Origin: an uncultured Burkholderiaceae bacterium
Lineage (GTDB): Bacteria; Pseudomonadota; Gammaproteobacteria; Burkholderiales; Burkholderiaceae_B
DNA: 64,000 bases
NCBI GenBank assembly: GCA_963926265.1
Contig: CAWUWN010000006.1
Location: 13,268 to 77,267 of the forward strand
Direction of reading: 5' to 3'
Shown one piece after another: positions 52,108 through 62,738 of the stretch. A program made the position numbers and the translations under genes. Below the pieces are notes generated by a model. That model was not told the origin of the DNA and made no database searches. It was given only the letters and a program-made list of their open reading frames with translations. Within the stretch, counting starts at the first letter, position 1; the number at the start of each line of letters is the position of its first letter.

Positions 52108-53337
52108 GTGAAGCGACGTGTCGTCATTACAGGCCTTGGCATTGTGAGCCCAGTGGGCAACGACATTGCTACGGCTTGGGACAATATCGTGAGCGGTCGG
52201 TCCGGAATTGGTCGGATTACACGCTTTGATCCCAGCGCGTTCAATGCCCATATTGCCGGCGAAGTCAAAGATTTTGATGTCACCCAGATCCTCCCCGCCA
52301 AAGAGGCGCGGACAATGGATACTTTTATTCATTATGGTATTGCTGCAGGTATTCAAGCTTGGAAAGATTCCGGCCTAGAAATCACTGAAGCCAATGCAGA
52401 GCGAGTCGGTGTCATTGTAGGTTCAGGTATTGGTGGCTTGCAGCGTATCGAGGAAACTCAGACTGAGTACCTTGAGCGCGGACCACGTCGAATCTCTCCA
52501 TTTTTTGTGCCTGCTTCGCTGATCAACCTGATTTCAGGTCAAATTTCTATTATGTTGGGCTTTAAGGGTCCTTCATATGCAGTCGTATCTGCATGCACTA
52601 CAGGTTTGCACTCAATCGGTGATGCGGCACGCATGATCGAATATGGTGATGCGGACGTGATGATGGCAGGTGGCGCCGAGTCAACAGTGTCTCCTCTGGG
52701 GATTGGGGGTTTTGCTGCGATGCGAGCTTTATCGCAGCGTAATGACGATCCTACAACAGCCTCCCGACCCTGGGATCGCGATCGCGATGGCTTTGTGCTG
52801 GGTGAGGGTGCTGGTGTACTGATTCTGGAAGAGTACGAGCACGCGAAAAAACGTGGTGCGCGTATTTATGGTGAGTTTGCTGGTTTTGGGATGAGTTCAG
52901 ATGCACATCACATCACAGCTCCCGATCGCGACGGCCCTCGGCGCGGCATCGTCAACGCTCTGCGTAATGCCGGTATCAATGCTGATCAGGTGCAGTATGT
53001 CAACGCGCACGGGACCTCAACGCCCTTGGGTGATAAAAACGAAACTGAGGCCCTGAAATTGGCTTTTGGCGATCACGCCAACAAACTGGTGGTCAATTCG
53101 ACAAAGTCTATGACGGGTCACTTGTTGGGTGCGGCGGGCGGTATCGAAGCTGTTTTTGCCACCCTTGCTCTCTATCACCAAATTTCTCCTCCAACCATCA
53201 ATATCTTTAACCAAGATCCCGAGTGTGATCTAGATTATTGCGCCAATGTTGCACGTGATCTCAAGATTGACGTTGCGCTCTCCAACTCTTTTGGTTTTGG
53301 TGGAACGAACGGGTCGATGGCTGTGCGTCGTATTTGA
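52108..53337 (+). CDS. fabF: 3-oxoacyl-ACP synthase II
   Basis: SACTTG, NAHGTST, TGHLLGAAG, SNSFGFGG; GTG start with SD AAGGAG. Confidence 0.98.
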   Translation: MKRRVVITGLGIVSPVGNDIATAWDNIVSGRSGIGRITRFDPSAFNAHIAGEVKDFDVTQILPAKEARTMDTFIHYGIAAGIQAWKDSGLEITEANAERVGVIVGSGIGGLQRIEETQTEYLERGPRRISPFFVPASLINLISGQISIMLGFKGPSYAVVSACTTGLHSIGDAARMIEYGDADVMMAGGAESTVSPLGIGGFAAMRALSQRNDDPTTASRPWDRDRDGFVLGEGAGVLILEEYEHAKKRGARIYGEFAGFGMSSDAHHITAPDRDGPRRGIVNALRNAGINADQVQYVNAHGTSTPLGDKNETEALKLAFGDHANKLVVNSTKSMTGHLLGAAGGIEAVFATLALYHQISPPTINIFNQDPECDLDYCANVARDLKIDVALSNSFGFGGTNGSMAVRRI

Positions 53338-53837
53338 CGTCCAAGCAAGCCTTTTCAGGACTGCGTGTCCCACTAACTCAGCCTCGCTGGGTGGTGGGTT
53401 TTACGCTCACGTTGTTATCCCTGGGTGCCATCGCCCTCGTAACCTCAGCCTTTTGGGTAGGTTTAGACGCATGGTATGCAATTCCTTGCGCGGCCATCCC
53501 ATTTTTGCTGTATTTTTTTGAACAGCGGCACAATCAAAAGATTCTGAAAGGGCGGATTCTAGTTGTTTACCCTCACCAGCCCTGGCAATTGGCTTTTTTT
53601 TCTGATGCTACTGGTCTGACTGATAGCATAGAGGTTATTGTCAGTCGTCGTTGGCTGCATTTTTTTGGTATGACCCTGGGTTTAAAATTGCAGAATTGTC
53701 CCCACAATATAAAAAAGACCGTCATGATGGTAGTTTGGAGACAGTGTGTCAGCTCTTTTGTCTTTCGCGAGCTTGCCTTAGGGGCTTCGCGCCAGATTGA
53801 TGGGGCCGGACGTCATACTAAAGGGGATGCAGCTTGA
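53334..53837 (+). CDS. Membrane protein, probably YgfX/CptA-like
   Basis: Two N-terminal hydrophobic segments then a soluble domain with W-L-x3-G-M-x-L and W-x6-F-R-x-L patterns resembling YgfX (by eye only). Confidence 0.55.
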   Translation: MTSKQAFSGLRVPLTQPRWVVGFTLTLLSLGAIALVTSAFWVGLDAWYAIPCAAIPFLLYFFEQRHNQKILKGRILVVYPHQPWQLAFFSDATGLTDSIEVIVSRRWLHFFGMTLGLKLQNCPHNIKKTVMMVVWRQCVSSFVFRELALGASRQIDGAGRHTKGDAA

Positions 53838-54433
53838 GTGAGCGCGACGTAGACGCCGAGTTGGTGGCGCGCGTACAACGCGGAGACAAACAGGCGTTTG
53901 ATCTGTTGGTTTTGAAATATCAGAGAAAAATCATGCGCTTACTGTCGCGCATGATTCGTGATTCCGGCGAAATCGAGGATGTTGCTCAGGAATCCTTTAT
54001 CAAGGCTTATCGCGCCTTGCCCCAGTTTCGTGGTGAAAGTGCTTTCTACACGTGGCTATATCGCATCGCCATTAACACTGCCCGCAATTGGTTGGCTCAA
54101 AATAATCGTCGTCCAAGCACCCCTTCTGCACAAGAAAACGAAGATGGTGAAACTTTTGACGCAACTGACAACCTAACAGACAGTAGCAACCCAGAATCTG
54201 AGATGGCGAGTCGGCAAATTGCCGATACAGTCAATAAGGCGATTAATGATTTACCAGAAGATTTACGCAACGCAATCGTCATGCGCGAAATAGATGGTAT
54301 GAGTTACGAAGATATTGCTGAAAGTATGAGTTGTCCGATTGGCACGGTTCGATCCCGTATTTTTCGGGCCCGTGAAGCGATTGCAACACGTCTGCGTCCA
54401 TTGCTGGGTGACACCGGCGATCGACGATGGTAA
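53834..54433 (+). CDS. rpoE: ECF sigma factor RpoE (sigma E)
   Basis: DVAQESFIKAYRAL, FYTWLYRIAIN, PIGTVRSRIFRARE; TTG start. Confidence 0.97.
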   Translation: MSERDVDAELVARVQRGDKQAFDLLVLKYQRKIMRLLSRMIRDSGEIEDVAQESFIKAYRALPQFRGESAFYTWLYRIAINTARNWLAQNNRRPSTPSAQENEDGETFDATDNLTDSSNPESEMASRQIADTVNKAINDLPEDLRNAIVMREIDGMSYEDIAESMSCPIGTVRSRIFRAREAIATRLRPLLGDTGDRRW

Positions 54434-54442
54434 TGAGTTCAA

Positions 54443-54994
54443 ATGATGAAACAGTCTAACGAGATCTCGAACATGAATCAGTCAACACAACAAGCCCACA
54501 GTGCAATTTCCGCCTGGATGGATGGTGATGCAGAGACTGATATGCCAGAGCATTTAGCTTCAGAGCAAGGGCAGGCAACTTGGGAGCTGTATCACCTGAT
54601 TGGTGATATTTTGCGGACCCCTGGATTGGCATTGCCTGCTGCACTGTCTATGCAGCAGCGTGTATCACTCGCGCTCCAGAATGAGCCTGCGATCATTGCT
54701 GCGGCCAAGCCTGCATCAAAAGCCAAAAGTGATGTGCGGTTTTGGGGTAAGGCTGTCTGGCCGAGTGTTGCTATGGCAGCAGCGGTCGCTTCAGTGATTT
54801 GGGTTGCCAAGCCATTTTTATTGCCTGAATTATTTTCGCCCGCTGAGCAAGTTGCCGAGAGCGTGCCAGCCCAACCCTCCCGTGCAATGGAGGTCGCATT
54901 GAATGCGCCAGTGGTTCGCGACTATGTCAACACGCACCGCGAAATGTCTGGTCCTGCTAATGTCCGTCGAGTGTCTTTCGGAGCTATGCGGTAA
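54443..54994 (+). CDS. rseA: Anti-sigma factor RseA
   Basis: ISAWMDG, WELYHLIGDILR, single TM helix; follows rpoE. Confidence 0.88.
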   Translation: MMKQSNEISNMNQSTQQAHSAISAWMDGDAETDMPEHLASEQGQATWELYHLIGDILRTPGLALPAALSMQQRVSLALQNEPAIIAAAKPASKAKSDVRFWGKAVWPSVAMAAAVASVIWVAKPFLLPELFSPAEQVAESVPAQPSRAMEVALNAPVVRDYVNTHREMSGPANVRRVSFGAMR

Positions 54995-56043
54995 TGTCGC
55001 GCGTAGTTGGCTGTGCATTGACCCTGATGCTGGCGAGTGCGAGTGCGAGTGCGTTCAGTCAGTCCGTCCCAATACAGACTGTTGAGTCATCGAAGACGCA
55101 ATCGTCACAACACGCTGTCACTCAGCCTTTTGATTCTTCAGAGGTTGGTAAAATTGTTAGCCAGATTCAACAGGCGGCACGCACGTTGAACTATGTCGGA
55201 GTGTTCGCATTTCAACAAGGCGAGCGTTTCGAGTCCTCACGCATTACGCATTTTTTCGATGGTAAGAATGAGAAAGAGCGGATTGAGGTGTTGGATGGGT
55301 CTCCCCGTGAATATTTGCGTTTCAATGATGAAGTGCAGGGCTTGATGCCCGATCGCAAACTCGTGTTGCTAGAGCGCCAACGTGGTGATCGGTTCCCCGG
55401 TCTGTTGCTCAATCAGGCTCAAACTTTAGATAAAAACTACAGCTTGCGGCTGGCGCCTGAACACTTGCGCATTGCAGGCCGCTCTTGCCGCGGTATTGAA
55501 ATTACGCCGCGTGACACACATCGTTATGGTTACCGGTTGTGTTCAGACCTAGAGTCTAATTTATTGCTCAAGGCGCAAATGGTCGGCCCTGATGGTGTTG
55601 TGATTGAACAGGTCGCTTTTACACAAGTGACGATTGGTGCGGAAATCACAGACGCGATGTTAGCGCCGACGTGGACGACAACGCACTGGCGGACCGTGCG
55701 TGCACAACATTCCAAAATCGATTTGTTTGCACAAGGTTGGCGTATCCCAGCGCCAGCAGGTTATATCGCGACCTCACAATTGGAAAGAATTTTTTCTAAC
55801 GACAAACGCGTGAATCAACTTATTTTGTCGGATGGTTTGGCAACTATTTCAATTTTTATTGAACCTTATCATCCAGAACGGTCTGAGTATGAACCCCAAG
55901 GCGCTGCGCGAAGTGGCTCAGTGAATATCTTTGGGATCAAAGTAGCAAACTTTTGGTTGACTGTTCTGGGTGAAGTGCCGGCCGCAACCCTCGAGCAGTT
56001 AGCTCAGACAATTCAATACGTCCCCTTAACGCCCGCACGCTAA
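54994..56043 (+). CDS. rseB: RseB/MucB periplasmic negative regulator
   Basis: Signal peptide, ERIEVLDG.PRE, RYGYRL..D, SDGLATISIFIE, GEVPAATL. Confidence 0.92.
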   Translation: MSRVVGCALTLMLASASASAFSQSVPIQTVESSKTQSSQHAVTQPFDSSEVGKIVSQIQQAARTLNYVGVFAFQQGERFESSRITHFFDGKNEKERIEVLDGSPREYLRFNDEVQGLMPDRKLVLLERQRGDRFPGLLLNQAQTLDKNYSLRLAPEHLRIAGRSCRGIEITPRDTHRYGYRLCSDLESNLLLKAQMVGPDGVVIEQVAFTQVTIGAEITDAMLAPTWTTTHWRTVRAQHSKIDLFAQGWRIPAPAGYIATSQLERIFSNDKRVNQLILSDGLATISIFIEPYHPERSEYEPQGAARSGSVNIFGIKVANFWLTVLGEVPAATLEQLAQTIQYVPLTPAR

Positions 56044-56088
56044 TAGCGTTGTGAAAAGTGAGTAGGGATGTTTAAAACGGAGTTCATG

Positions 56089-57588
56089 ATGCAAGATCAG
56101 TCACACTCATATCTGTATCAGCCTGTTGATCGTATGCGCCGCATTGCGACAACGTTGACGGTAGCCATGGCGTTGGTGTTGGGCAGTTTGCAAATGATGC
56201 CTGCACAAGCGCGTAACGTGGAATTGCCAGACTTTACTGCAATTGTGGAAAAGTCAGAGCCCGCTGTTGTCAATATTCGTACTACCGCGAAAGTCGCTTC
56301 ACGTGCTGGAGCGGGTGGTGCGCCCGGTCAAGATCCTTACGAATTATTTCGACACTTTTTTGGTCCTGATTTAGCCCCGCCCGGAGGTCGTCAAGGTCCT
56401 CAGCAAGCGCCTCGTGGTCGGCGTGCAGAGCCTGAAGAGCGATCGGTGCCAAGAGGCGTAGGTTCGGGATTCTTTATTTCTGAAGATGGACACTTGCTGA
56501 CGAATCATCATGTTGTGGCAGACGCGACTGATATTTTTGTCACGCTGACGGATGGACGCGAATTCAAAGCAACCGTTATCGGTAGCGATCAGCGCACCGA
56601 TGTTGCTTTGCTCAAAATCGATGTTAAAGGTATGGCAACGTTGCCAATCGGTGATGCCAAAAAACTTAAAAAGGGTCAGTGGGTGTTGGCGATTGGTTCA
56701 CCCTTCGGTCTCGAATCGACAGTGACATCAGGCATTGTCAGTGCGCTGGGTCGCGAGACCGGTGACTATTTGCCGTTCATTCAGACTGATGTGGCTGTCA
56801 ACCCAGGTAATTCAGGTGGTCCATTACTCAATTTGAATGGCCAAGTTGTGGGCATTAACGCTCAAATTATTTCGCGCAGCGGCGGCTTTATGGGGATTTC
56901 TTTGGCAATCCCGATTAATGAGGCGATGCAGGTTGTTGAGCAGCTCAAGGCTTCTGGTCGTGTCACGCGTGGTCGTATCGGTGTGCAGATTGGTGAAGTC
57001 AGCAAAGAAGTCGCGCAAGCAATCGGTTTACCTAAGGCTGAAGGTGCGCTCGTCAGTGCAGTGGAGCCCGATGGCCCGGCAGAGAAAGGCGGAATTTTGC
57101 CTGGTGATGTAATTTTGAAATTTGATGGCAAAACGATCGCTCGTATGTCAGATTTGCCCCGTCTGGTTGGTCAAACTAAGCCTGGTGTAGTTTCACCTGT
57201 TGAGGTCTGGCGCAAAGGCAAAACTGTTAAGCTCAAGGTAACAGTCATCGAGCTTAAAGTTGAGAAAACAGCTGCTGCCCCTACACCAAAAGACAAGCCC
57301 GCTGAGTCAAAAACGGTTGTGTTGGGCATGACGGTTGTTCCCGTAGCGGCAGACGCACTCAAACAGCTACGCATTAAATCTGGCGTCCAGGTCACGTCTG
57401 CAGAAGCACCTGCTTCTGCCGCAGGAATCGCCGAAGGTGACATCATTTTGGCTGTGAATGACACTGACATTACAAGCCCTGAGCAATTTGCCAAGCTTAT
57501 TTCAGGATTGGCCAAGGCACGTTCGATTGCTCTGATGGTACGCACGGGTGAGCAAACACGCTGGGTTGCAGTGACGCCCGCCAAATAA
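56089..57588 (+). CDS. degP: HtrA/DegP-family serine protease (MucD-like)
   Basis: TNHHVV, DVALLK, GNSGGP triad and two PDZ domains; start uncertain (56068/56089/56134). Confidence 0.9.
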   Translation: MQDQSHSYLYQPVDRMRRIATTLTVAMALVLGSLQMMPAQARNVELPDFTAIVEKSEPAVVNIRTTAKVASRAGAGGAPGQDPYELFRHFFGPDLAPPGGRQGPQQAPRGRRAEPEERSVPRGVGSGFFISEDGHLLTNHHVVADATDIFVTLTDGREFKATVIGSDQRTDVALLKIDVKGMATLPIGDAKKLKKGQWVLAIGSPFGLESTVTSGIVSALGRETGDYLPFIQTDVAVNPGNSGGPLLNLNGQVVGINAQIISRSGGFMGISLAIPINEAMQVVEQLKASGRVTRGRIGVQIGEVSKEVAQAIGLPKAEGALVSAVEPDGPAEKGGILPGDVILKFDGKTIARMSDLPRLVGQTKPGVVSPVEVWRKGKTVKLKVTVIELKVEKTAAAPTPKDKPAESKTVVLGMTVVPVAADALKQLRIKSGVQVTSAEAPASAAGIAEGDIILAVNDTDITSPEQFAKLISGLAKARSIALMVRTGEQTRWVAVTPAK

Positions 57589-57618
57589 GCCCAAGAACGG
57601 CTAGAATGGAGGATTGCC

Positions 57619-57647
57619 GCAAAAGGGGCGCAGAGCGCCCCTTTTGC
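57619..57647 (+). terminator. Intrinsic terminator after degP
   Basis: GCAAAAGGGGCGC-AGA-GCGCCCCTTTTGC. Confidence 0.8.
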
Positions 57648-57675
57648 TTGCTAGCTCGCTTACTTTCCAGGTGTT

Positions 57676-59469
57676 ATGCAGCATATTCGTAATTTCTCCA
57701 TCATTGCCCACATCGACCATGGCAAGTCCACCTTGGCGGATCGACTGATTCATCGCTGCGGAGGCTTAGCCGATCGTGAAATGTCTGCTCAAGTTCTAGA
57801 CTCGATGGACATTGAACGCGAGCGTGGCATCACCATAAAAGCTCAGACTGCAGCGCTGCATTACAAAGCACAGGATGGCAAGATCTACAACCTCAACTTA
57901 ATCGATACCCCTGGGCATGTCGATTTTTCTTACGAGGTGAGTCGATCTCTCTCTGCTTGTGAGGGCGCGTTATTGGTCGTTGACGCTTCTCAAGGTGTCG
58001 AAGCACAAACGGTGGCCAATTGCTATACGGCGATTGAACTTGGTGTCGAGGTTGTGCCGATCCTAAACAAAATGGACTTGCCTCAGGCGGACCCGGAAAG
58101 TGCACGGGCCGAGGTTGAAGAGGTTATCGGCATTGACGCGTCAGATGCAATTTTAGCCAGCGCTAAAACAGGCATGGGAATCGACGAGATTCTTGAGGCG
58201 GTCGTAGCGCGTATTCCAGCCCCCAAGGGTGACACTGAGGCGCCTCTGCAGGCACTGATTGTGGACTCTTGGTTTGACAACTATGTCGGCGTGGTGATGC
58301 TGATTCGCGTGGTCAATGGCGTGCTCAAGCCTAAAGATAAAATTTCTTTTATGGCGACCGGAGCGGTCCATCTGTGTGAACAGGTCGGAGTCTTTACGCC
58401 CAAGTCTGAGCCTCGCAAGTTTCTGTCAGCAGGTGAGGTGGGTTTTGTGATTGCGGGTATCAAAGAACTCGCTGATGCCAAGGTCGGTGACACGATCACC
58501 TTGTTCTCTAAGCCTGCCACTGAAGCCTTACCAGGTTTTAAAGAAGTCCAACCACAGGTATTTGCGGGGTTGTATCCAGTCGAGAGTAGCGAATACGATC
58601 AGTTACGTGATTCACTAGAAAAGCTCAAGCTCAATGACTCTGCACTGATGTACGAGCCAGAAGTGTCTCAAGCGCTTGGTTTCGGTTTCCGCTGCGGCTT
58701 TCTCGGCCTGCTCCATATGGAAATTGTTCAAGAGCGACTCGAGCGTGAGTTTGACATGGACATCATTACGACCGCACCGTCCGTGGTGTACGAGGTCGTG
58801 ATGCGTGATAACTCTGTCATCCAAATCGAAAGTCCCTCACGGATGCCCGAGGTCGGCAAGTTTATTGAAGTGCGTGAGCCGATCGTCAATGTGACGCTGT
58901 TTATGCCTCAAGAGTATGTCGGGACGGTCATGACGCTTTGTAATAACAAGCGTGGAGTCCAGCTTGACATGACCTACCATGGTCGGCAGGTACACCTACA
59001 CTATGAAATTCCGCTCGCTGAGATCGTGCTCGATTTCTTTGATAAGCTGAAGTCAGTTTCGCGTGGTTATGCTTCAATGGACTATGAGTTCAAAGAGTAT
59101 CGTGCCGCAGATGTGGTTAAGGTTGATCTGTTGATCAATACCGACAAGGTTGACGCCTTATCGAATATTTGCCATCGCTCCAATGCACGCTACCGGGCTC
59201 GCGAAGTCGTATCACGCATGCGTGAGTTGATTCCACGCCAGATGTACGACGTCGCGATTCAAGCCGCGATTGGCGCTGAAATTATCGCGCGCGAAAACGT
59301 CAAAGCTTTGCGCAAAAACGTTTTAGCCAAGTGTTATGGTGGAGACATTAGCCGCAAGAAAAAACTGCTTGAAAAGCAGAAGGCCGGTAAAAAGCGCATG
59401 AAACAAGTTGGTAGCGTTGAGATTCCTCAGGAAGCTTTCCTGGCGATCCTACAAGTTGATGACAAATAA
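57676..59469 (+). CDS. lepA: Elongation factor 4
   Basis: [33 protein letters not shown]. Confidence 0.99.
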   Translation: MQHIRNFSIIAHIDHGKSTLADRLIHRCGGLADREMSAQVLDSMDIERERGITIKAQTAALHYKAQDGKIYNLNLIDTPGHVDFSYEVSRSLSACEGALLVVDASQGVEAQTVANCYTAIELGVEVVPILNKMDLPQADPESARAEVEEVIGIDASDAILASAKTGMGIDEILEAVVARIPAPKGDTEAPLQALIVDSWFDNYVGVVMLIRVVNGVLKPKDKISFMATGAVHLCEQVGVFTPKSEPRKFLSAGEVGFVIAGIKELADAKVGDTITLFSKPATEALPGFKEVQPQVFAGLYPVESSEYDQLRDSLEKLKLNDSALMYEPEVSQALGFGFRCGFLGLLHMEIVQERLEREFDMDIITTAPSVVYEVVMRDNSVIQIESPSRMPEVGKFIEVREPIVNVTLFMPQEYVGTVMTLCNNKRGVQLDMTYHGRQVHLHYEIPLAEIVLDFFDKLKSVSRGYASMDYEFKEYRAADVVKVDLLINTDKVDALSNICHRSNARYRAREVVSRMRELIPRQMYDVAIQAAIGAEIIARENVKALRKNVLAKCYGGDISRKKKLLEKQKAGKKRMKQVGSVEIPQEAFLAILQVDDK

Positions 59470-59490
59470 CTTTCAAGCAAGGTTGAACTG

Positions 59491-60378
59491 ATGAGCTGGA
59501 ACTTTGCCCTGATTTTGTTTATTGCGCTAGTGATCACTGGTGTGATCTGGACAATCGACAAGTTTGCATTGAGAAAAAAACGCCACGCTCGCATGATGCA
59601 AGCGATTGATTTGGCGCGCCCTAGTTGGGCGGCCCTTCCAGAAAACGAAAAGCGTAGTCGCGAAGAACACATCCGTGCAGAATTAGGTAAACAACCCTGG
59701 TGGGTGGAGTATGGAGCAAGCTTTTTTCCAGTCATTCTGTTTGTGTTTGTGTTGCGCTCCTTTATCGTTGAACCATTTCGTATTCCTTCGGGATCGATGC
59801 TACCAACCCTGCAATCCGGTGATTTGATATTGGTGAACAAGTTTTCATATGGATTGCGTTTGCCTGTGCTGAACGAAAAAGTCATCTCTATCGGTGAGCC
59901 TGCACGAGGCGATGTGATGGTGTTTCGTTACCCCGTTGATCCGTCTGTTGATTACATCAAGCGAGTGGTCGGATTGCCAGGCGACGAGGTGGCTTATCTG
60001 GATAAGCGCCTCTATATCAACGGTAAAGAGGTTCCTCGCAAGCGCGATGGTGAATATTTTGAGCCCGACCGTGTGGCGTATACGGCACAGTTTACGGAAT
60101 ACTTAGGAAAAAAACCGCATCAAATTTTGCTTGATGAGCGAAGATGGCAGGATTTGGGGCCAACTTCAAGCTTTCCACATCGTGAAAAGTGCGATTATCT
60201 TAGAAATGGTATCCGCTGCACCGTACCGGCGGGTGTTTACTTTATGATGGGTGACAATCGCGATAACAGCCTAGACAGTCGATTTTGGGGTTTCGTCCCC
60301 GAGGCGAATATCGTTGGTAAAGCTTTCTTTATCTGGATGAACTTTGGAAACCTTGGACGCATTGGTCCTTTCCATTAA
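59491..60378 (+). CDS. lepB: Signal peptidase I
   Basis: [25 protein letters not shown]. Confidence 0.97.
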   Translation: MSWNFALILFIALVITGVIWTIDKFALRKKRHARMMQAIDLARPSWAALPENEKRSREEHIRAELGKQPWWVEYGASFFPVILFVFVLRSFIVEPFRIPSGSMLPTLQSGDLILVNKFSYGLRLPVLNEKVISIGEPARGDVMVFRYPVDPSVDYIKRVVGLPGDEVAYLDKRLYINGKEVPRKRDGEYFEPDRVAYTAQFTEYLGKKPHQILLDERRWQDLGPTSSFPHREKCDYLRNGIRCTVPAGVYFMMGDNRDNSLDSRFWGFVPEANIVGKAFFIWMNFGNLGRIGPFH

Positions 60379-60419
60379 GCATTTCAGATCCTTGTCACCC
60401 GTTTGATGTCACCCGCTAC

Positions 60420-61178
60420 ATGCCCTTGGCCGCTCTTGAGAATTCGCTTGGATATCAGTTCGTTAAACCTGCCCTGCTTGAGCAGGCGTTAACGCATCGT
60501 AGTCATGGCGCGCGCCATAATGAACGCCTCGAGTTTCTTGGCGATTCGGTCTTGAACATGTCTGTGGCCGCACTGTTATTCAATCATTACGGCACGCTCG
60601 ACGAAGGCGATTTGTCGCGCGTACGGGCTAATCTGGTCAAGCAATCTTCTCTTGCCGATATTGCGCAAAAGCTTGATTTATCCAAATACCTCCGCTTAGG
60701 CGAGGGTGAGCTAAAAAGCGGAGGCTTTCGGCGCCCGTCGATTTTGGCTGATACATTTGAGGCAATCCTTGCAGCAGTTTATTTAGATGGCGGTTTTATC
60801 GCTGCGCAAGACTTGATTGAACGCTTGTACAAACCAATCCTTGCTAGTGTGGATCCACTGACTCTAGGTAAGGACGCCAAGACTCTGTTGCAAGAGTTTT
60901 TACAGAGTCGCAAACTTGCCTTACCTCTTTATAGCGTTGTTGCGACCCATGGTGCAGCCCACAGCCAGCAGTTTGAAGTTGAATGTGCGATCCCCTCTCT
61001 CGAGATCAAGGTCATTGCGCCTGGTTCAAGTCGTCGGGCAGCCGAGCAGTCAGCCGCTAAGCTCGCGCTCGAAGCCGCTGAGACTGCCAGTCCGACACCA
61101 GTTAAAAAGCGTTCAACCCGAGCGCGCAAAACGGCACAATTAACGCTGCCGGTTGCGGTCGCTCAGGAACTTAAATGA
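60420..61178 (+). CDS. rnc: Ribonuclease III
   Basis: [15 protein letters not shown], dsRBD (HSQQFEVEC), basic C-terminal extension. Confidence 0.98.
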   Translation: MPLAALENSLGYQFVKPALLEQALTHRSHGARHNERLEFLGDSVLNMSVAALLFNHYGTLDEGDLSRVRANLVKQSSLADIAQKLDLSKYLRLGEGELKSGGFRRPSILADTFEAILAAVYLDGGFIAAQDLIERLYKPILASVDPLTLGKDAKTLLQEFLQSRKLALPLYSVVATHGAAHSQQFEVECAIPSLEIKVIAPGSSRRAAEQSAAKLALEAAETASPTPVKKRSTRARKTAQLTLPVAVAQELK

Positions 61179-62104
61179 CAGAAATTATCGATACAACAGA
61201 CTCCACCCCTCAGTCAGAGACGGCGGCCTACCGTTGCGGCTTTATCGCAGTGGTTGGGCGTCCAAACGTTGGTAAATCAACGCTAACGAATGCCTTGATT
61301 GGTAGCAAAATTTCGATTGTCTCGCGCAAGGCACAAACGACACGTCACAGAATTCAAGGCGTCCTCACGCGTGAACATGAGCAGTTTGTGTTTGTGGATA
61401 CACCAGGCTTTCAGACGCGCCACGGTGGCGCGATGAATAAGATGATGAACCGCGTTGTCACACAGACCTTAGCCGATGTAGATGTCGTGCTGTTCGTAGT
61501 CGAAGCGGGCAAATGGTCCCCGGGCGATGCCAAGCTTTTATCTTTATTGCATCATCCAGAGCGTACGATTTTGGTTATCAGCAAAATTGATCAACTCAAA
61601 AATCGTGATGAGCTGTATCCCTTCGTCGCAAACATCGCCTCGCAATTCAAGTTCGATGCGGTGGTGCCAGTGAGTTCGACCAAACGGCACCAGCTCGATC
61701 AATTACTTGATGAGGTCGCCAAGCGCTTGCCGGAAAACGAGCCGTACTTTGATGCGGATACGTTGACAGATCGTCCTATGAGATTTATCGCGGCCGAACT
61801 CATTCGTGAGAAAATTTTTCGTTTGGTTGGTGACGAGCTTCCATATGGCTGTACCGTTGTGATCGAGCAGTGGGAAGAAACTGCTAAAGGTGCCCACATT
61901 AATGCATGCGTGATCGTCGAGCGCGACAGTCATCGCCCCATTTTGCTGGGCGCAGGCGGTAGTCATATGAAACGAATTGCGTCCGAGGCCCGTCAAGATA
62001 TGGCCAAACTCATGGATAAACCCGTTCACCTCGAGGTGTATATCAAGGTGCGTAAGGGTTGGGCTGAAAAAGAAAGCAGCCTGCGCGATCTAGGATATGA
62101 GTAG
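61175..62104 (+). CDS. era: GTPase Era
   Basis: [19 protein letters not shown] domain. Confidence 0.98.
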   Translation: MTEIIDTTDSTPQSETAAYRCGFIAVVGRPNVGKSTLTNALIGSKISIVSRKAQTTRHRIQGVLTREHEQFVFVDTPGFQTRHGGAMNKMMNRVVTQTLADVDVVLFVVEAGKWSPGDAKLLSLLHHPERTILVISKIDQLKNRDELYPFVANIASQFKFDAVVPVSSTKRHQLDQLLDEVAKRLPENEPYFDADTLTDRPMRFIAAELIREKIFRLVGDELPYGCTVVIEQWEETAKGAHINACVIVERDSHRPILLGAGGSHMKRIASEARQDMAKLMDKPVHLEVYIKVRKGWAEKESSLRDLGYE

Positions 62105-62699
62105 ACGAGTCCTTCGGGTCTTAGAGACGCCGGGCTATGTGTTGCATGCAACGGCCTGGCGTGAAACCTCTCTGATTGTTCAAGCGTTCTCTAGAGATCA
62201 CGGATGGGTCAGTACGGTTGCCAAGGGCGCTAAACGACCCCATTCGGTACTCAGGCCAGCGCTGTCCGTTTTTCAACCCTTGTTGTTATCCTGGACAGGT
62301 TCTGGTGAGATTAAAACGCTGACGCGTGCCGAATGTGCAGGTGTGCATGCGTTGCCCGGTGCGGCCTTGATGTCATGCTGGTATATGAACGAGCTACTCT
62401 TTCGGTTGCTGCCCCGCGAAGATCCTCACCCCGGTTTGTTTGATGCGTATGTCATCGCACTGCAACGACTGGCTGCAGGGCAGCCTGCGGTGGGGGCACT
62501 ACGACGATTTGAGTGGATTTTGCTCAAAGAGACGGGGTACGGCCTCGATGTCGAAGAGCCAGACTTTGACGACCCACAGGGAGAGCCCGCCTTGCGCGCG
62601 AGCTTACGTGAGCGCTTGTCGGAGCACTTGGCAGGCCGTCCATTGACGACTCGCCAAGTGTTGGTCGCGTTACAGCGCTTTCAGCCAGCAAAAACTTGA
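62097..62699 (+). CDS. recO: DNA repair protein RecO
   Basis: RETSLIV, VAKGAKR, YMNELL, LRRFE..LL...GYG; follows era. Confidence 0.92.
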   Translation: MSRRVLRVLETPGYVLHATAWRETSLIVQAFSRDHGWVSTVAKGAKRPHSVLRPALSVFQPLLLSWTGSGEIKTLTRAECAGVHALPGAALMSCWYMNELLFRLLPREDPHPGLFDAYVIALQRLAAGQPAVGALRRFEWILLKETGYGLDVEEPDFDDPQGEPALRASLRERLSEHLAGRPLTTRQVLVALQRFQPAKT

Positions 62700-62738
62700 G
62701 GCTAAAGTGCTCTGCACCTAGCGTCAAGTTTCAACGTA

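Noticed and set aside
61090-61178. Basic C-terminal extension of RNase III
   Set aside because: Recalled as common in Burkholderiales RNase III; not specific to this window
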